A DNA stretch of 41,011 bases from Conidiobolus incongruus B7586 (taxonomy: Eukaryota). Positions 23,490 to 40,039 of this stretch are shown here, piece after piece (the first letter of the stretch is position 1; the number at the start of each line of letters is the position of its first letter). Position numbers and translations under genes: made by a program. The notes under the pieces were generated by a model. It was not told the origin of the DNA. It was given only the letters and a program-made list of their open reading frames with translations, and did not search any database. The stretch covers positions 1 through 41,011 of the forward strand of contig JNEM01010324.1 of NCBI GenBank assembly GCA_000697335.1. Direction: 5' to 3'.

Positions 23490-25540
23490 TTAACCAACTT
23501 TGGTGATTTTTCCTATACACTTATTATTTCCTTCTCTGATCACAAGAGGAGATCCAAGCTTTAAGAATTCAGGACGTCGACAGAATCTGAATTTCACAAG
23601 ACCTCGTTCTCCTGTTCTTAGTCCTGTTTTGCTTGAAAGCCTCTGAGACTCGGATGAGGAGGAGTGGGAATCCTCATCTCTGCATTTCTTGATGTTAACA
23701 ATCTTTGCAGATTGGCAAATTGAACCACAGTGTACCATAGTCTCAAAGAGGGTCTTAAGAACAGAGGCATGGTACAGAACGGTGACATCAGCTTCGAATT
23801 CATAATATACTGAAGGTGGGGTTAAACATCCCAAAAGGACCATACCAGATCTGATAGATAATTGATTATCAATAGATGGATCAGCTTCCCCTAATGGAAT
23901 CGAGTGATATTCAATGGCCAAAGTTGCAGATTGACCAGGTCGTACCATCTGTGTTGCAATTCTGTGGCGATAAATTGACTTGATTTTTACTGAAACAAAC
24001 TCTCCATTTTGGTTGGGTCCTAGGTGGTATAGAGTATTGGGATCAAACTTGATCATTCCATTGAGCAAAGTGCCACCTATTACCGTACCAACTAAAGGTA
24101 CTGAGAACACTTCTTCAACGTGGAATTCAGCGTGCTCTCTATCTGTATGACTTTCGTGAGTAGGGGAAGCTGGAAGCTTGCTTAATAACCGAATGAAGAG
24201 GTCAAAATTTTCTCCAGTTACTGAAGAAATTAGCAAAATTGGAAGATAAGCACTAAAAACTGGATTAATGATAAAATTCAAGCAATATCAATTCAATAGT
24301 TACCTTGGGTCAGTTAAATAAGTTTCAATTGAATCATTATCAGAGATTACTACAGGGGTTAAGCTATTTCCCACAGATTGTAAGAGCTGAATGAGTTTAG
24401 TGAAGACCTTGTTTAAGCGTTGTGGGTTATCTTGAATCAGGTCAACCTTATTCAGAACAATCATAATTGGGATCTTCAACATAGTTGCAAGGCCTAAATG
24501 TTCTTTAGTCATTTGAGGAATAGTGTCTGTTTCTGCTGATATGACTAAAATTGCATAATCAGGAGATTTACCAGTGAGCCCCCTGATAGTTGTTTTCATA
24601 TACTTTGGATGGCCACAGGTATCAAGGAAACTGATAATTTTATCTGATGACGAGCATATCTGTTCCCATGAAATCGCCAAGTTAGGAGAGGATTGATTAA
24701 AGTTAACAATCGTTCCATCAGACTGAAACCCGATAATCTCATGAGAAATTGAAGAGGTTCTTCCTGTTTCAATTTCATGCCTGTGCCGAAGTAAGTTTAA
24801 ACCTAATCATTAATAATAAGTTATTTATCCAAATAGAATTTATATTTTAAACTTACGACTTTTTCCTCTTCCATTATCTTGAATTCCATGCGTTAAGCAA
24901 CCTGAAAATTCATATTAATAATATAATCAAAGGTGGAATTTAGCATTGTTTACCTAAGATGGTGGATTTTCCCGAACCATGACTACCGATCAAAACTATC
25001 CGTATGTCAGAAAACCAGGATTTACCATCAAACAGCCTTCGCCTAACTAGAGCTTCAACAGCTTTACGATTCGTATCAGGAACAATTAGTTCATTAACAA
25101 TTGTCAAATCGGCGTCTAAACTGGTCGCCATAGTGTTCAGGGTTGCAAGTGAACCCTTAAGTTCCTCAGAATCAAGTCCTATAAATAGTTTAGATATACT
25201 CCATATTCATTTAATTAATATTTTATACCAATAATAACACCATTATCTGCAACACCGAGTTCGTAATAGGCTTGTCCATCTCCTTCGGAGAGTCTTAAAT
25301 TTGAATTAGCTTTTGAAAAACATAAATTTTGAATTAAAAATACCTCCATTTCAATTGAGTTGTTAAATGTTCTAAACGTTCTGGTGAAACATCATATAAT
25401 TTTCTCTACAATGAGAATTAAATAAAGAAGCACGTCAAAGCATAGAATCAAATTACTTTATATTCAACATTTCCTTCAACATCAACCTCCGGAGGTAATT
25501 TAGTGGCTTTGGATTTCCAAAGTTTGTCGAGATTACTCAT
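23490..25540 (-). CDS. GTPBP2: GTPBP1/GTPBP2-family translational GTPase, multi-exon
   Basis: Motifs: [106 protein letters not shown], then EF-Tu-like domains II and III. Confidence 0.9.
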
Positions 25541-27904
25541 TAATGATGAGTTTATTGAAAGATAATAAAATCGATCGGCTAAATAGTATATAGTATAAAA
25601 TAAAAAAGCAGTCTAGTAATAAAAGAATTTAAAAATACATTAATATTGACAATTATAAGCGATTATTATTGTCAATAATCTTTATAAATGTATTAGATTA
25701 GCATTAAAAATATTTTACATTTTTTGAGTTTGATCTTCCATTTATAATCCAAATTTTCAAATGACTTGAGGCATCATTTGATTTGGCACCTTTAATTAAA
25801 ACCAAATCACGTTCATTGACTGATTGGAATTGGATGATTAGGCGATTCCCTTATACAGTAACTATGACTTGATCTAGATTCCTGTAAAATCTGCACATAA
25901 AATAACTCCATTATCAACTCATGTATAATCTTTTAGTTCATCAATGAGACTATTATTTACGTATTAAAAGAATAGCCGTCACCTATTTTCCTAAAATATC
26001 TTTGTGAAATCATTTAAAAATCTAAAAAAATACCCTGAAATTTTATATTTTGTTTTATATTTTCAAATCCCTTCAAATTTTACTTAATTGTTAATGTTTT
26101 CATCAATATTACCTAAAAAGTCAATCACATTATTATTTATTTTTATATTTTTTTATAAATCATATAGATATATGAACTTAAAAGATGATAATTTACATAT
26201 AACTGTTTAGTTGATATTTTCAATAGAAATTATTATTTGTTTATTATTTTTATTTTTACGTCATCATTATATTTTACAAAATATTATTAGACTAGCGTAA
26301 AATAGGAAGTTAAATTACAGGGTTGATGATAAAGATTGTTTATTTCAATTACAATTACAATAACTATATTTGTCTGTTACAATTTAATCATCATTTATGA
26401 AATCATACCTTACTTTATAGAGCAAAATTTTTCATCAACGTAAAATATATTTAAGCCAGCTGGATTATATCTAAATTATAATAATATTAATTTTTAACAA
26501 TTATGATTTAATAAATTTTCTATTATTAAATGTATCATTGAACAAATAATTATTTTATATTCATATTGTTCTCATTCTAATTGAAATTATAGTTATATAT
26601 TATTAGCATTATATGATTTTAACCAATACTATTTGATCAATTAATTCTCAAATTATTTCCCCACCAATATATAAACTCCTTATAACTGAATTCAAAAATC
26701 GATTTATTTTGTCAATTTACAGTTACCAACAGAAATTTGTGACCGAGTTTTCAAATATATATAATATATGATCTTATATTAATATCAAAATTTAAAAAAT
26801 TTCACAAAAATTGTCATTATTAATATATTGAAAATATTTTGCAATTTTATCTATTTAAATTCTTGTAAAATGATTGCAATTAAAAAAATAATTGCATCAA
26901 TAAATTTAACAATTTTATACAATTACATTGATTAAAAATATAGATAATGCTTGGATATTTATTTTCCATATTTTATAAACTATAATTAATAACTAATATT
27001 TACAAAAATATCAAATGATTATATTATTAATTGTTTCATAATTTTATATAAAGATATCAATCTTGTGATACATTTAATGATTTCTATAACTTGAAACAAA
27101 ATAATATAAACAAAGTGAAATATAGAATTATCTATTATAATAGATGTGAATATTTAAATTAAAAATATCAATATATTTCAATAATATATTAAAAATATAT
27201 TATCTTTTGTTGTTTTATTTAATAGTAATCCTAATAATTGCTTTTTCGAATTATTAAAAGGCAACATTAAATCATTTTTTCAATAGTACTTATAGAATAA
27301 CCTTCAATAATATTAATCGAAATGAATCAAAATTAATATATTTTTGAATATTTAACATCATTTAGTTATACCATAGAAATATAATAATTACAAAATACTA
27401 TTCAATAACATCACTTTTTCAGTTATATTAAATCTCATTTATTTACATTATATTGTAATTTTTTATACGTGAATCATGTAATTATAATAAAAATTAAACA
27501 AAGAATTAAATACTTACAATATATTTATCATTTAGATTTTTATAAAATACAGGTAATATCAAACAGCTATATATCAGAAATTGCTTTTCAAATTGAAATA
27601 TAGATTAGAGCTTCTTTTGAAATTTGATCTTTTATTCTAAGATTTAAATTTATGATCATTATTATAAATGAACAACTTATAAGAGGGTGTTTATTTAAAG
27701 GAAAATTTTAAAATTAATATCACTATGATATTTAAATCGTCACCCTCAACATAATTGTATAATTAAGATTTTTAATTTATGTCTATTTCAATAATTAAGT
27801 AGTGATTTGTTTTGATGATATATATTAATAAAATAAATATTAATATAAATAATAAAAATATAATTTTAAATCTAATAACTTTATATTTAAGTTTATCAAA
27901 TAAA

Positions 27905-28765
27905 TTAGTCTGATTCGATAATATCATCAGATTCTCTGAAAGATTTTTCAGTAGGAGCTTCACCGGCCTTACGACTAAAATAAAAAATAGTCAATTAACG
28001 ATTATAAATTTAATAATAATCAAATCTACTTACAGTTCATCTTTTTGTTTAACCAAAATTTTACTCTTTTGTAAGATCTTCTCTTCTAATTCATTACGCT
28101 TTTCAACGGCAGTAGGTTCTAATTTAGCACCAAAATATAATGCTTGATCCTTAGCTCTTTCACTCTGTACTTCGTCATAGATACGATGTTGAACTAGAAT
28201 CTTTGTAGCTTGAGCGTAAGCTTCATCTTCGGTCTTGCCTTCGGCCATAAGGTGTAATTGATATTTGATCACACTATCATAATTAATATTAATAAAATGT
28301 TAAAATTCAAATATTCGTATTGATAAATTACTCTTGAGCAGTGACCCTCCTTGAAGCATCACCATTGATCATAGCCTTCCAACCATCATCAATGGTGGGT
28401 CTTTCGACCAAAGAGATAGGACGATGTAATTCAAATGGATGATCTTTGAAGAAACGTTGTCTCAAAGCATCTTCAGGGTAAACTAATTGAGGGGGAACTG
28501 GAGGAACAAATTTAGTCTTTTTAGAAGCACCCTTGCCTTTAACATTAGCGGGAGTAGTAGTTGAAGAGAGAATTACTTGTTTGGTATTAGTTATGGAAGC
28601 ATCTTGTGGATCGGGTAAAATCGATGAAGGACCACGATAAAAACTAGTATTATTGGGATATTTCAAAGTAGCTCTATACCAAGCAGGAATTCTTGGTAAA
28701 ATGTTAGCTTTCATAAGTTCGGTAACATTTTTAGATACTTTTCTGGGATTATTTTTGAATGTCAT
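27905..28765 (-). CDS. RSM25: Mitochondrial small-subunit ribosomal protein Rsm25/mS23, 3 exons
   Basis: Motifs: PAWY...P, LVYPEDALRQRFFKDHPFELHRP, DVIKYQLHLM...EAYAQA, AKDQALYFGA. Exons 28765-28332, 28273-28034 and 27974-27905 are in frame. Confidence 0.88.
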
Positions 28766-28902
28766 TTTATACTATTTTAATTTGATATAGTTTTGATTAA
28801 AATATTTATTATTTTTCTTTTAATTCATTACTTTGGTAAATAATTTAATAAATTGGCTAAATTGGTAATTTAAAATTTCAATCTAATTTTATCAAATTAA
28901 AA

Positions 28903-28911
28903 TTATGGGAT
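28903..28911 (-). promoter_or_regulatory. ATCCCATAA candidate promoter motif (RSM25)
   Basis: Exact 9-mer in sense orientation, about 138 bp upstream of ATG 28765. Confidence 0.5.
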
Positions 28912-29202
28912 ATAAAAATAGTAAATTTGTATTCAAAACAAATATGCATTATTTTGCTTATTCATTAAAATAAATGTAATTTTATTCACAATAATTTTTT
29001 GAGAAATTTATTGGAATATCTAAATTATATCTCCTTTGGTTGATTTAAAATTATATATAATATATTATCAGTTTAATCGAAAAAAATTCATTAGAGTATA
29101 TGATTATCACTGGTAGTTTAAATTAACATCGAAATGATATTATAATTAGATTTGGTTTATGTATATAAGCTCGAAAATTGAATTAGAGAGTAAACATGAA
29201 TA

Positions 29203-31029
<1,827 letters not shown>

Positions 31030-31114
31030 TTTTTATTTGAATTTTGAGCTTTAAAATTTATATCAATTTCAAATTTCAAACTAAAATTTATAATCATGTA
31101 TTTAACTTCAAAGA

Positions 31115-31123
31115 TTATGGGAT
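31115..31123 (-). promoter_or_regulatory. ATCCCATAA candidate promoter motif (RCM1 pseudogene)
   Basis: Exact 9-mer in sense orientation, about 86 bp upstream of ATG 31029. Confidence 0.5.
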
Positions 31124-34100
31124 CTAAATTTCATAAACTTGAATTAATTTTGAATCAAAATATTTTTTTAATTCTTACCATTTTTTTACCTGTGAGTATA
31201 AATTTAAACAGTACTATATAAGATTATGAAGTAATTAATTGAAATATGATTTTTTCACTCATTCGAAATATATTCATCTTATATTAAAAATTTAAATTAT
31301 TTTTTAAATTTCATCTTGTTAAAATTTTTTCATTTAAATATCACATATATTATAAATTTTTTGAATAATATTGAAAAAAAATGATATTTTAAGTTATAGG
31401 CTGAATCTGAATCAAAATTTAAGATTTTAAGGTTTTTAAATGTAAATATATAAATATAGGGTGATTGAGTATGTTTAAATTATACAAAATAAGATTGTAT
31501 CATTGATATTAATTAATATAAAGTTTATGATAAAATATTAAAAGTTCTTATTTGATTTTAAATTTTTTTTTGAAATAGTAATATATATGATCAATAGAAA
31601 ATTCAGTTTTGATAAGTTTCAATAATATTTTTTAAATAATCAATCTTCAGAATAAATAATTAAAACATTTTAACTTCAATTTTAGTTGATAATTTATTTC
31701 TTAATATTATTTTAAAATAAAAGATATCTTTTATATAGTTTCAAGTAAGTTACTGTGATTGTAATATGGATTACACTCATTAAATAATTTGAAACATTTT
31801 CGCATTTTAAATTATCATTGATAATATAATTAATTAATATTTTATACATATAGTGTAGTGTTTAAATTACTTCAAATTACCACAAATAATAAACCAATTT
31901 TATAATATAAAAGAATCTATACTTGATAACTATAAGATTTACAAAATTTTAAAATATTTTTGAAAATTAATACTTTTTAATATAAAATATAGCCATTTAA
32001 AATAATTCAAATACTTTACTTAATTTATTAGTATTTTATTAGTGTTATTTATTTTCAAGTTTGTACTTTTTTCTTTAAAATAATTTAAATTATAATCTTG
32101 AAAAATTAAAAATTTATTAATTTCAAACTCTAATATTAAAAAGATTTTAATCATGGTTTAACCAGAAAATATGTTGATAATAAATTATTATTCATAATGA
32201 ATATAAATATTATTTTATATCTATATCATAGTTTCTTAAAATATTTCAATAATCTATGATTAAATCAAAACATTTATAACTCTGATAATAAAAATGTCTA
32301 ATAATTTATTATTCAATCCAATATTACTTTATGTCATTTGAAATCCAATAATACATTCAATAAAGCCAAAATTATAATAATAAAATATTATTTCATAATT
32401 GAACTATAAATTCAAATCAGTTGGGAGTATATATATATCTTGTCCAACTAAACCCAATATTTAATAGAATATATTAATAAGCTTAATTAACTAAAATATA
32501 CCTCAATTCATATATGAAATTAAATTTATTTTAGATTTTATTATATATAATACTTTATTAAAATTTATTATTCATGAATTATTTACCAAAAAATCAAAAT
32601 ATTATATAATGACCATTTATTTATAATACAAAATATTATAGATATAAAGAAAACCTGAAAATTAAAGAACTAAAATTTATATTCTTAATAAAATAATATA
32701 TATATATTGGATGATATTAGATGATTATTTGGATCATATTTTAATCTTTGACCTATTGTGTCATCATTATGTAAATATATATTATCAATATAGTCATTCC
32801 AATTTTTAATCAATTTTTTAGTCAAAAAACTCAATAAAAATTCTTGGACATTTTAGAAGCATAAATTAGTGTTAATAAATTAATTAATATACATTAATGA
32901 AGCATAATTATACAAAAGTAGTAATTGAGGCTAGTTTATAAAATATAATTTTAAGGAAAAATTAGCACATGGAAATGCATATCAATCCATGGTTTCTAGA
33001 AAGATTCTTTTAATATTTTTATCAGGTGTTGTGTAATATTCCTAGGTTCAATGCTCAATAATTTCCTATCATTTCATAAGGTTTTATTTTTGAGAATTAA
33101 TTGGTTTAACTCTAATACATTGGGCAATATTCCAGTCGAATTGGAAAAATAACCTTTAACATTCAAATATCAATCCGAGTAAAACAGCTTTATTCGCAAT
33201 ATCCTAAATAGTAATATTAATATTTGAACATTTAATCTACAAAGAAACATCAACCATCAATCATATTCAAGATTATCATTTTATAACACAAAAATGCAAT
33301 TAAAAATAAATTTTTTAGCAAATCAACATAAGACGAACTGCATGCAGAAATAGATTTTTACAAACTGGATTAATTCAAATTTCTTGATAAATTACAAGTG
33401 AAATTTTATATGCAAGATAATTGTTAATCAAAATATAATAACATAACAAACTTTCTTGAACTAATTCCAATAATTTTGATCGTCTCCAATTTAGTTCATA
33501 TTCAACTATACAAAATAAAGTTTATTAAAATTTAATAATGTTAAAATATATGGAAACAGAAGAATTTATATGAATAAACTACTTTGCTTTAAGTAAAAAG
33601 TGAATCGGTAGAATTATTTATTCGAATATTTGAATATTAAATGGGCCAATTAAAGTACCAGTTTAGTCAATGAGATTTTAATCAATAATCTATTACTTTC
33701 AAATTTACTCTTCTCATTTCTTAAAATCAACAACAAATATGTGAACAATTATAGTTCAAGTGTTACATTTAATTTATGCAATTATTTGGTAAAATAGAAC
33801 TGTTAAATTCATTATATTCCTCATTTCTTCAACATCTGTTATTAGAATAAAATTTCATTGGATTAATAATCGATTTGGAATATTTTTTAAAATTAAACAA
33901 TTCGGCTAATCCTTAGTAATTGAATTGCCTAAACTTTGAAATATGATTATCATTTGATTAGAATAAAATTAATCAAGGTAACACAAATTTATCAAAAATG
34001 ATTTAATCAATTTGAATCAAATATTTATCACGGAATTAGTTATCAAGTTAAAGTGCTTCATTCTTAAATAAGGGGTTTTTCCATTATAAATAATTAATAA

Positions 34101-36379
34101 CCTTTATTACACCAATTATTATTAAACTTCTGTAAATAAAAAAATATATTCCCAGAATATATATAATTATCACCAATGGGATTTTAACATTCTTATTTTA
34201 GAGCATAATCAATTTATATATCAATGACATTTTATGCATATAAATCGCTAGTAATGCATTAAATATTTGTAAATTTTTTGAATTTTAAACTTAATTAAAT
34301 TTTTCTTTTTTTTAATTAATATAATTGAAAATATGAAAAAATTTATGAATAATAATTTTTGTAAAATATCAAAATATTCTATTTAGAATAAATCAAGTTG
34401 CAAAAAGATATTAGTTATATGAAACATTTTGATATATTAGGTAAAAAAAATACATTTTATCAGAATAACTCGATTCATAGGAGTCATTCAAAAAAAAACT
34501 TATAATAACTTTAACAAAAATGAGGTTTTGTAATTAAATAACAAGAGTCTATATCTAATATATATTTTGAATTTTAGACTAAAATTCATAATCATTATTT
34601 TTTTTCATACATAATTGAATCAACTTTTGATATTTGCAAAGCTAACCAAGAATTGCATAATTTAATATTATTCATCAGTTTTGACAGATCTTAAAAATTA
34701 TTTAATAAAAATATAACACTCCAGTTTTAAATATTATATTATCAAATAATAAATTGCCAATATAAATTGACTTGTTAATTCATATCCTGAGAATTTTAAA
34801 ATATTTATGGTAATTTAGGATAAATAATTTAGTGAGCTTTGCAATTATTTAAACTAATGACGAAAGAATTCTACTTTTTAGAGTGGGCTGGCTGATTGAG
34901 TCAATATTTCCTAAATGTGTGTCTGAAGGCTACATCCTGATGAATAAGGAAATGATATTGCTACAAATGACAGGTTCATAATATAATACCAGGGAATGCA
35001 ATTCAAGGATTGTTGAGGGATTTTATTACTATAGAATGTAGAATGACTATTGTAGTCTTGGTATATTTTAAACTTGAATGATACAAGCAAGATGGAGCAC
35101 AGGTGGATCACGAATCATATTCCCCTCTTTCAAACAGTGACAAAGTACATCGTTACCTAATGATGACCTATTCAATTCTTTCATTAAGAAAACTTTATTT
35201 AGCTAGAAGAATGTAAACACAAATTAAATAGTTGATGAAATTGATCTCAACATCGCTCAATTGATTGGCCAGGAGTCGTGGAGTACATGGAGGATAAATA
35301 CTTCCATTTAATCCAATTCAGATTAACCCTGTAAATAAATATTATCGAACTAAATAACAAGCTAATCGTTTAACTAATATATTTCTATCTACATATTTTT
35401 CAATTTTATCTGATTTTTTTCTCTTAATGTTTTAACTTTAATTAATTTATATAATTTGTTCATCTCTTAATTAAGTAATTAATTCAAGCAAATTCAAGTT
35501 TTTTTACAATTCAATAGTAACTTTCGGTTATATTGATAATTGGATAATTTTGAACAAGTGAAATAAAAAAATTGAATTTAAAAAATTATTTTATCGCAGT
35601 ACTTCATTTAGAATCTATACTATACCTTTTAAAATTTAGAGGACTTTATTGATGGTTTTATCATTATTTTTATTAAATTTTAATTTTGTGTTTAATTATT
35701 TGCATGAAACTTGCTATATTTGATGATCAATTGGACTTTATGCAGATAGAGTTGGATAATAATAGATTCTGTTTATTTGATAAAAACTCAAAATAAGGTT
35801 AATTCCAAAAAAAAGATATATTGTATATGAAATAAATTCTTCTTATATGAAATAGAGTTTCCATTTTAAATTGTGAACTTTATCTTTCAATATATACCCT
35901 TTTAATCTTCATCTTGTTAAATTGATATTTATTTTAATCAAAGAATCGAATATAAATCGGATATTCTAATATATGCCAATTACATCATGAATTTGGATCC
36001 ACCCACCATATATAATCCAGAAATCAACTGTTAAGGAATTTCAAATTTAGTTACCAAATTGAGCAATCCCTGAATAGACCAAATTGCATAGTATAAAAAG
36101 CCTGACAGATTGGTTGAGTGCCTGAATCCACCAATTTTACCACTTTTAAAGTTTCAGGGAACTCATATTTATTTTATATATTACTAATCAGTTCGTTCCT
36201 TTGATCATTCCAACCCAGTTGGTTCATTCTTCATAATATAATTGTTTATTTACTTGCCTTTCCCTTAACTTTCATTGCTCCTTTTTTACCGGACTAGAAT
36301 CTTTATATTTAAGCACAATATATTGTTTCTTTCATTAATAGAATCATATCATATCATATTATTAATCTAATCATCCATA

Positions 36380-38301
36380 ATGGGTCCAATCGGTAATAGT
36401 TCATTTACTCAAACCGATACAGCCAAATACATTGGTTTGGGTTTAGCAATATTGAGCAGTGAGTATTTTTTTATACAAAACTATATTGATCAATATATTA
36501 AATCGAGTTGTTTTTAGCTGTATTTATTGGGAGTAGTTTTATTTTGAAAAAGAAGGGTTTGATTGAATCCAGAGCTTGGGAAGAGGATAAAGGTATGCTT
36601 TATCGATTTCCCTGTATAAAAATAATAATTTAATATTATTAATTTTTAGAGGATGGTCATGCTTATTTAAAGTCTTGGTTATGGTGGTCAGGCATGTTTT
36701 TAAGTAAGTTATCAAGATAAAATTGTACAAAATGACCAATATATTAAATTTAGTATCTAGTGATTTTTGGAGAATTATGTAATTTTATTGCTTTTACTCT
36801 TGCCCCGGTCATTTTAGTAACACCGTTGGGAGCTCTAAGTGTTGTAATAAGGTAAATAACTTTGGTTTGATCCAATTTTAATATTTAAACAATACAAACT
36901 AGTGCTGTCCTTTCTTCTATCATCCTTAAAGAGCGTCTCAATTTTCACGGTAAAATCGGTTGTGCAGTTTGTCTTTTTGGATCAACAATTGTAGCACTCC
37001 ACGCTCCTACTCAAAATTCACCTGATACAATGGAAAAATTGCTTCAATTCATTAAAGCTCCAGGATTTATCGTGTATTTCATCTTTGTGATTCTTTCTAT
37101 GCTCTTTCTCATTTGGAAAGTTGTTCCAAAATACGGACACACTCATCCTATTGTCTATATCACCATCTGCTCGCTATCAGGAGGTATTTCAGTTGTTTTA
37201 CTACAAACTGTTGGTGGATCTATTGCTCAAACAATTAGTGGAAATAATCAATTTACTCACTGGCTCATGTATATTGTATTAATTTTCGTGGCTACTGCAC
37301 TGATAACTCAAATCAACTATCTCAACAAAGCACTTAACTTATTTATTACTGCCGAAGTTACTCCCTTGTACTATGTCGAATTTACTACTTCCACTATTGT
37401 CTCCAGTTCTATTTTATTTCAAGGTTATGCTACCGATCCTATTCAAATTGTTACGGTTATCTTTGCTTTCTTGTGTATTTGTGGTGGTGTTTTAGTTTTA
37501 CAAACATCTCGCATGTACGAATCTTTACGCGGAGATGAAGAAAATCCTAACCGTAGTGTGACAAGTTTACATAGCAACCGCCGTGTTTCTAATCCCATTA
37601 GCGAAAAGCGCGCAAATGACCTTGAAACTGGGCCCGAAGGACAAGTTTCAAATAATCGTCATAGTCTACCTCTAGATGGTGTTCGCTCTACCACAGAATC
37701 AAATCAATTATCCGTTCCTCAGACTACTGTAAGGAGTCCAACACCGCCTTCTAATTTAAGACAATCCTCCTTCTCTGGAAGCATTCCTAATACGATACAC
37801 AAGATTGGATCAAGATATTTTCCAAACTTGAAAGATGAACTCAAAGAGCCCAAAGTATTTGATGATGACACTCTTGAAGCAAGCAGTGCTAATTATAACC
37901 CTGTACCCTCTGTTGAACCAATCAGAAGCGAAGCTATGATCCTTCCAGTTTTCCATACTTCAACTAGGAATTCCTATGCTTCATCTTTGGGACATCAGGG
38001 TTTACAGAATCGAGGACCATCACCTATAGTAGTTCCACTGGCCGGATCAAACTCGGGAAATCCCGCTGCTCAGACTGCACCCCAGTTAGTCTCGTCGGCA
38101 TCAAATAAGGTTAGCTCTACATCAACAGCGCATCCTGAGACGCCGGTAGATTCTTCTACCTCCCAGCCTTCATTCAATATACCCAAAATTTCGAAATGGA
38201 TACCCCGTTTCGAGAAAGTGTTCAATCGTACAAATCGATCGAATTCCGAGCCTGTCCCAGCCTCAGCCAATTCCGAATCCGTTGCAAATAATGGGGTATA
38301 A
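36380..38301 (+). CDS. NIPA-family (DUF803) magnesium transporter with long disordered Ser/Pro-rich C-tail, 5 exons
   Basis: Spliced N-terminus: KYIGLGLAILSTVFIGSSFILKKKGL...[59 protein letters not shown]. Downstream motifs: YITICSLSG, QINYLNKALNLF, VTPLYYV. Confidence 0.93.
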
Positions 38302-40019
38302 GCTTAAGATTACAAATGCAGAAAATTTGTATATTAGTCATTTCACAGGACCCAAAAACTAGCTTTAAAATATCTTCAGTATAAAATTAGTTGTATATAT
38401 GTATTTTGAATAAGCAATTAATCTTTTGTTTTAAATCTTAACCACTTTAATAAACTGGGTTTATACTTAATATTATTAACCAAAATAACACATTGTTTGT
38501 TATTAGTATGCATGACAAATTAACCAAATAACTAGTAATATATTTGGTAGCTTTTATACCTTTTTAAACCATATTTCTCTGGTGTAACTTATTAAATAAG
38601 CATATATGCAAATCATTCATATTCAGTTACATCGCTTATATCTATTATTTTTCTTAGTATAAATTAAACTAAATCTATTAAAACAATTCAGTATTTTTCT
38701 CTAAGTAGTCCAATATATGAAAAAAATATTCATTTTGATATTTCTATTTGTACTTCTTTATATTCCATATCTGCAATAAATTAATAATTAAAAGTGTTTA
38801 CCAATCATCAATTATTATCGCAATATGTTTAAATTAACTGCAGTTCTGAATTTCATCAATTTTTCTGATAGTATCTTTCATATGAAATATAAATCATGGA
38901 AAATTCTTTAAATTTTTCATATTCCAATTATTAGTAATAAATTTCGAAAATTAAGTCAATTTCATCCAATGATATTAGATCACCCATAATTTCAGGAGAG
39001 TATAACTCAAAAACAATATTTAAAAGGAGAGATTACCTGATTAAGGGTTGAAACTCCGATCATTTAAAAATTCAGCGAATTGACTAATATTATTTTTTTT
39101 AGTTGAAAGTCGATTATTTTTTTTAATTAGTTCAAACATTTAAAATATTGTATATTATAAAAGAATATATTAGTGGTTATAAATAAAAATGTGATATTTT
39201 TCATACTATATAGTTAACTATTGTTTTAACTTATTGATTTTAAGTTTAAAATAAGTAGTGTTTAGGTTTTTGATTAATTTAATTTATAATTCTTCAATAA
39301 TATCTATTTCTATTATTATTATACACAATTGTACTTGATTTTACAGTGATATTAATTTTAAATATTATTTGTATTAGTATTTTGAAATTTAAATAAATTT
39401 ATAATGCTGTATTCTTAGAAATTTAATATAACTCATATTAACAAACTCATTAATTCACGACATACTATCAACAGTAAAATTTCAGTATATTCATCCTTTA
39501 TCTTGTAATAATGTTTAAAACTTTATAGAATCATCCAATATCCTATTCAATCTTCTTCCGACTAATCTCACCAAGCTTACATTCAAACTGTAATCATTTT
39601 TCTCCTTTGTCAAATATTGATTTATTTTAATATATCTTTAATAAGTTAAAATCACTTGAAATTTAAGCCCAGTTTTTAAATTTTCAAGTAACTTAAAATA
39701 TGTTTATTTTTGAAAGTATCTCACAATATTATAATATAATTTAAACCTAATCTCAATGTTATTAACACTAAATAATTTTTTTATATTTACAGTGTCAATT
39801 TATACTATTTATTAAACCATAATTCAAATTTTATGACTCCTGTTTACATTTTTGATTTAATCAATTAATAGAATATTGGAATTATCCATAATTTTTATTG
39901 TAAAACAATATATTAACTATTGAGGTATTTTTGATTATCGTTATTCTTAGTATTATTTTATTATAGTATAGTATAATTATTTATCAGATGTTAATAGCAA
40001 CTAGTTTTTATTTATTAAT

Positions 40020-40039
40020 ATATATATATATATATATAT
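40020..40039. repeat. (AT)n microsatellite
   Basis: About 10 perfect AT units. Confidence 0.85.

Noticed and set aside
12827..25797. Isolated intergenic inverted repeats (about 12827-12861 and 25644-25677)
   Set aside because: Short AT-rich stems are expected by chance at this composition, and there is no supporting TSD or RNA motif.
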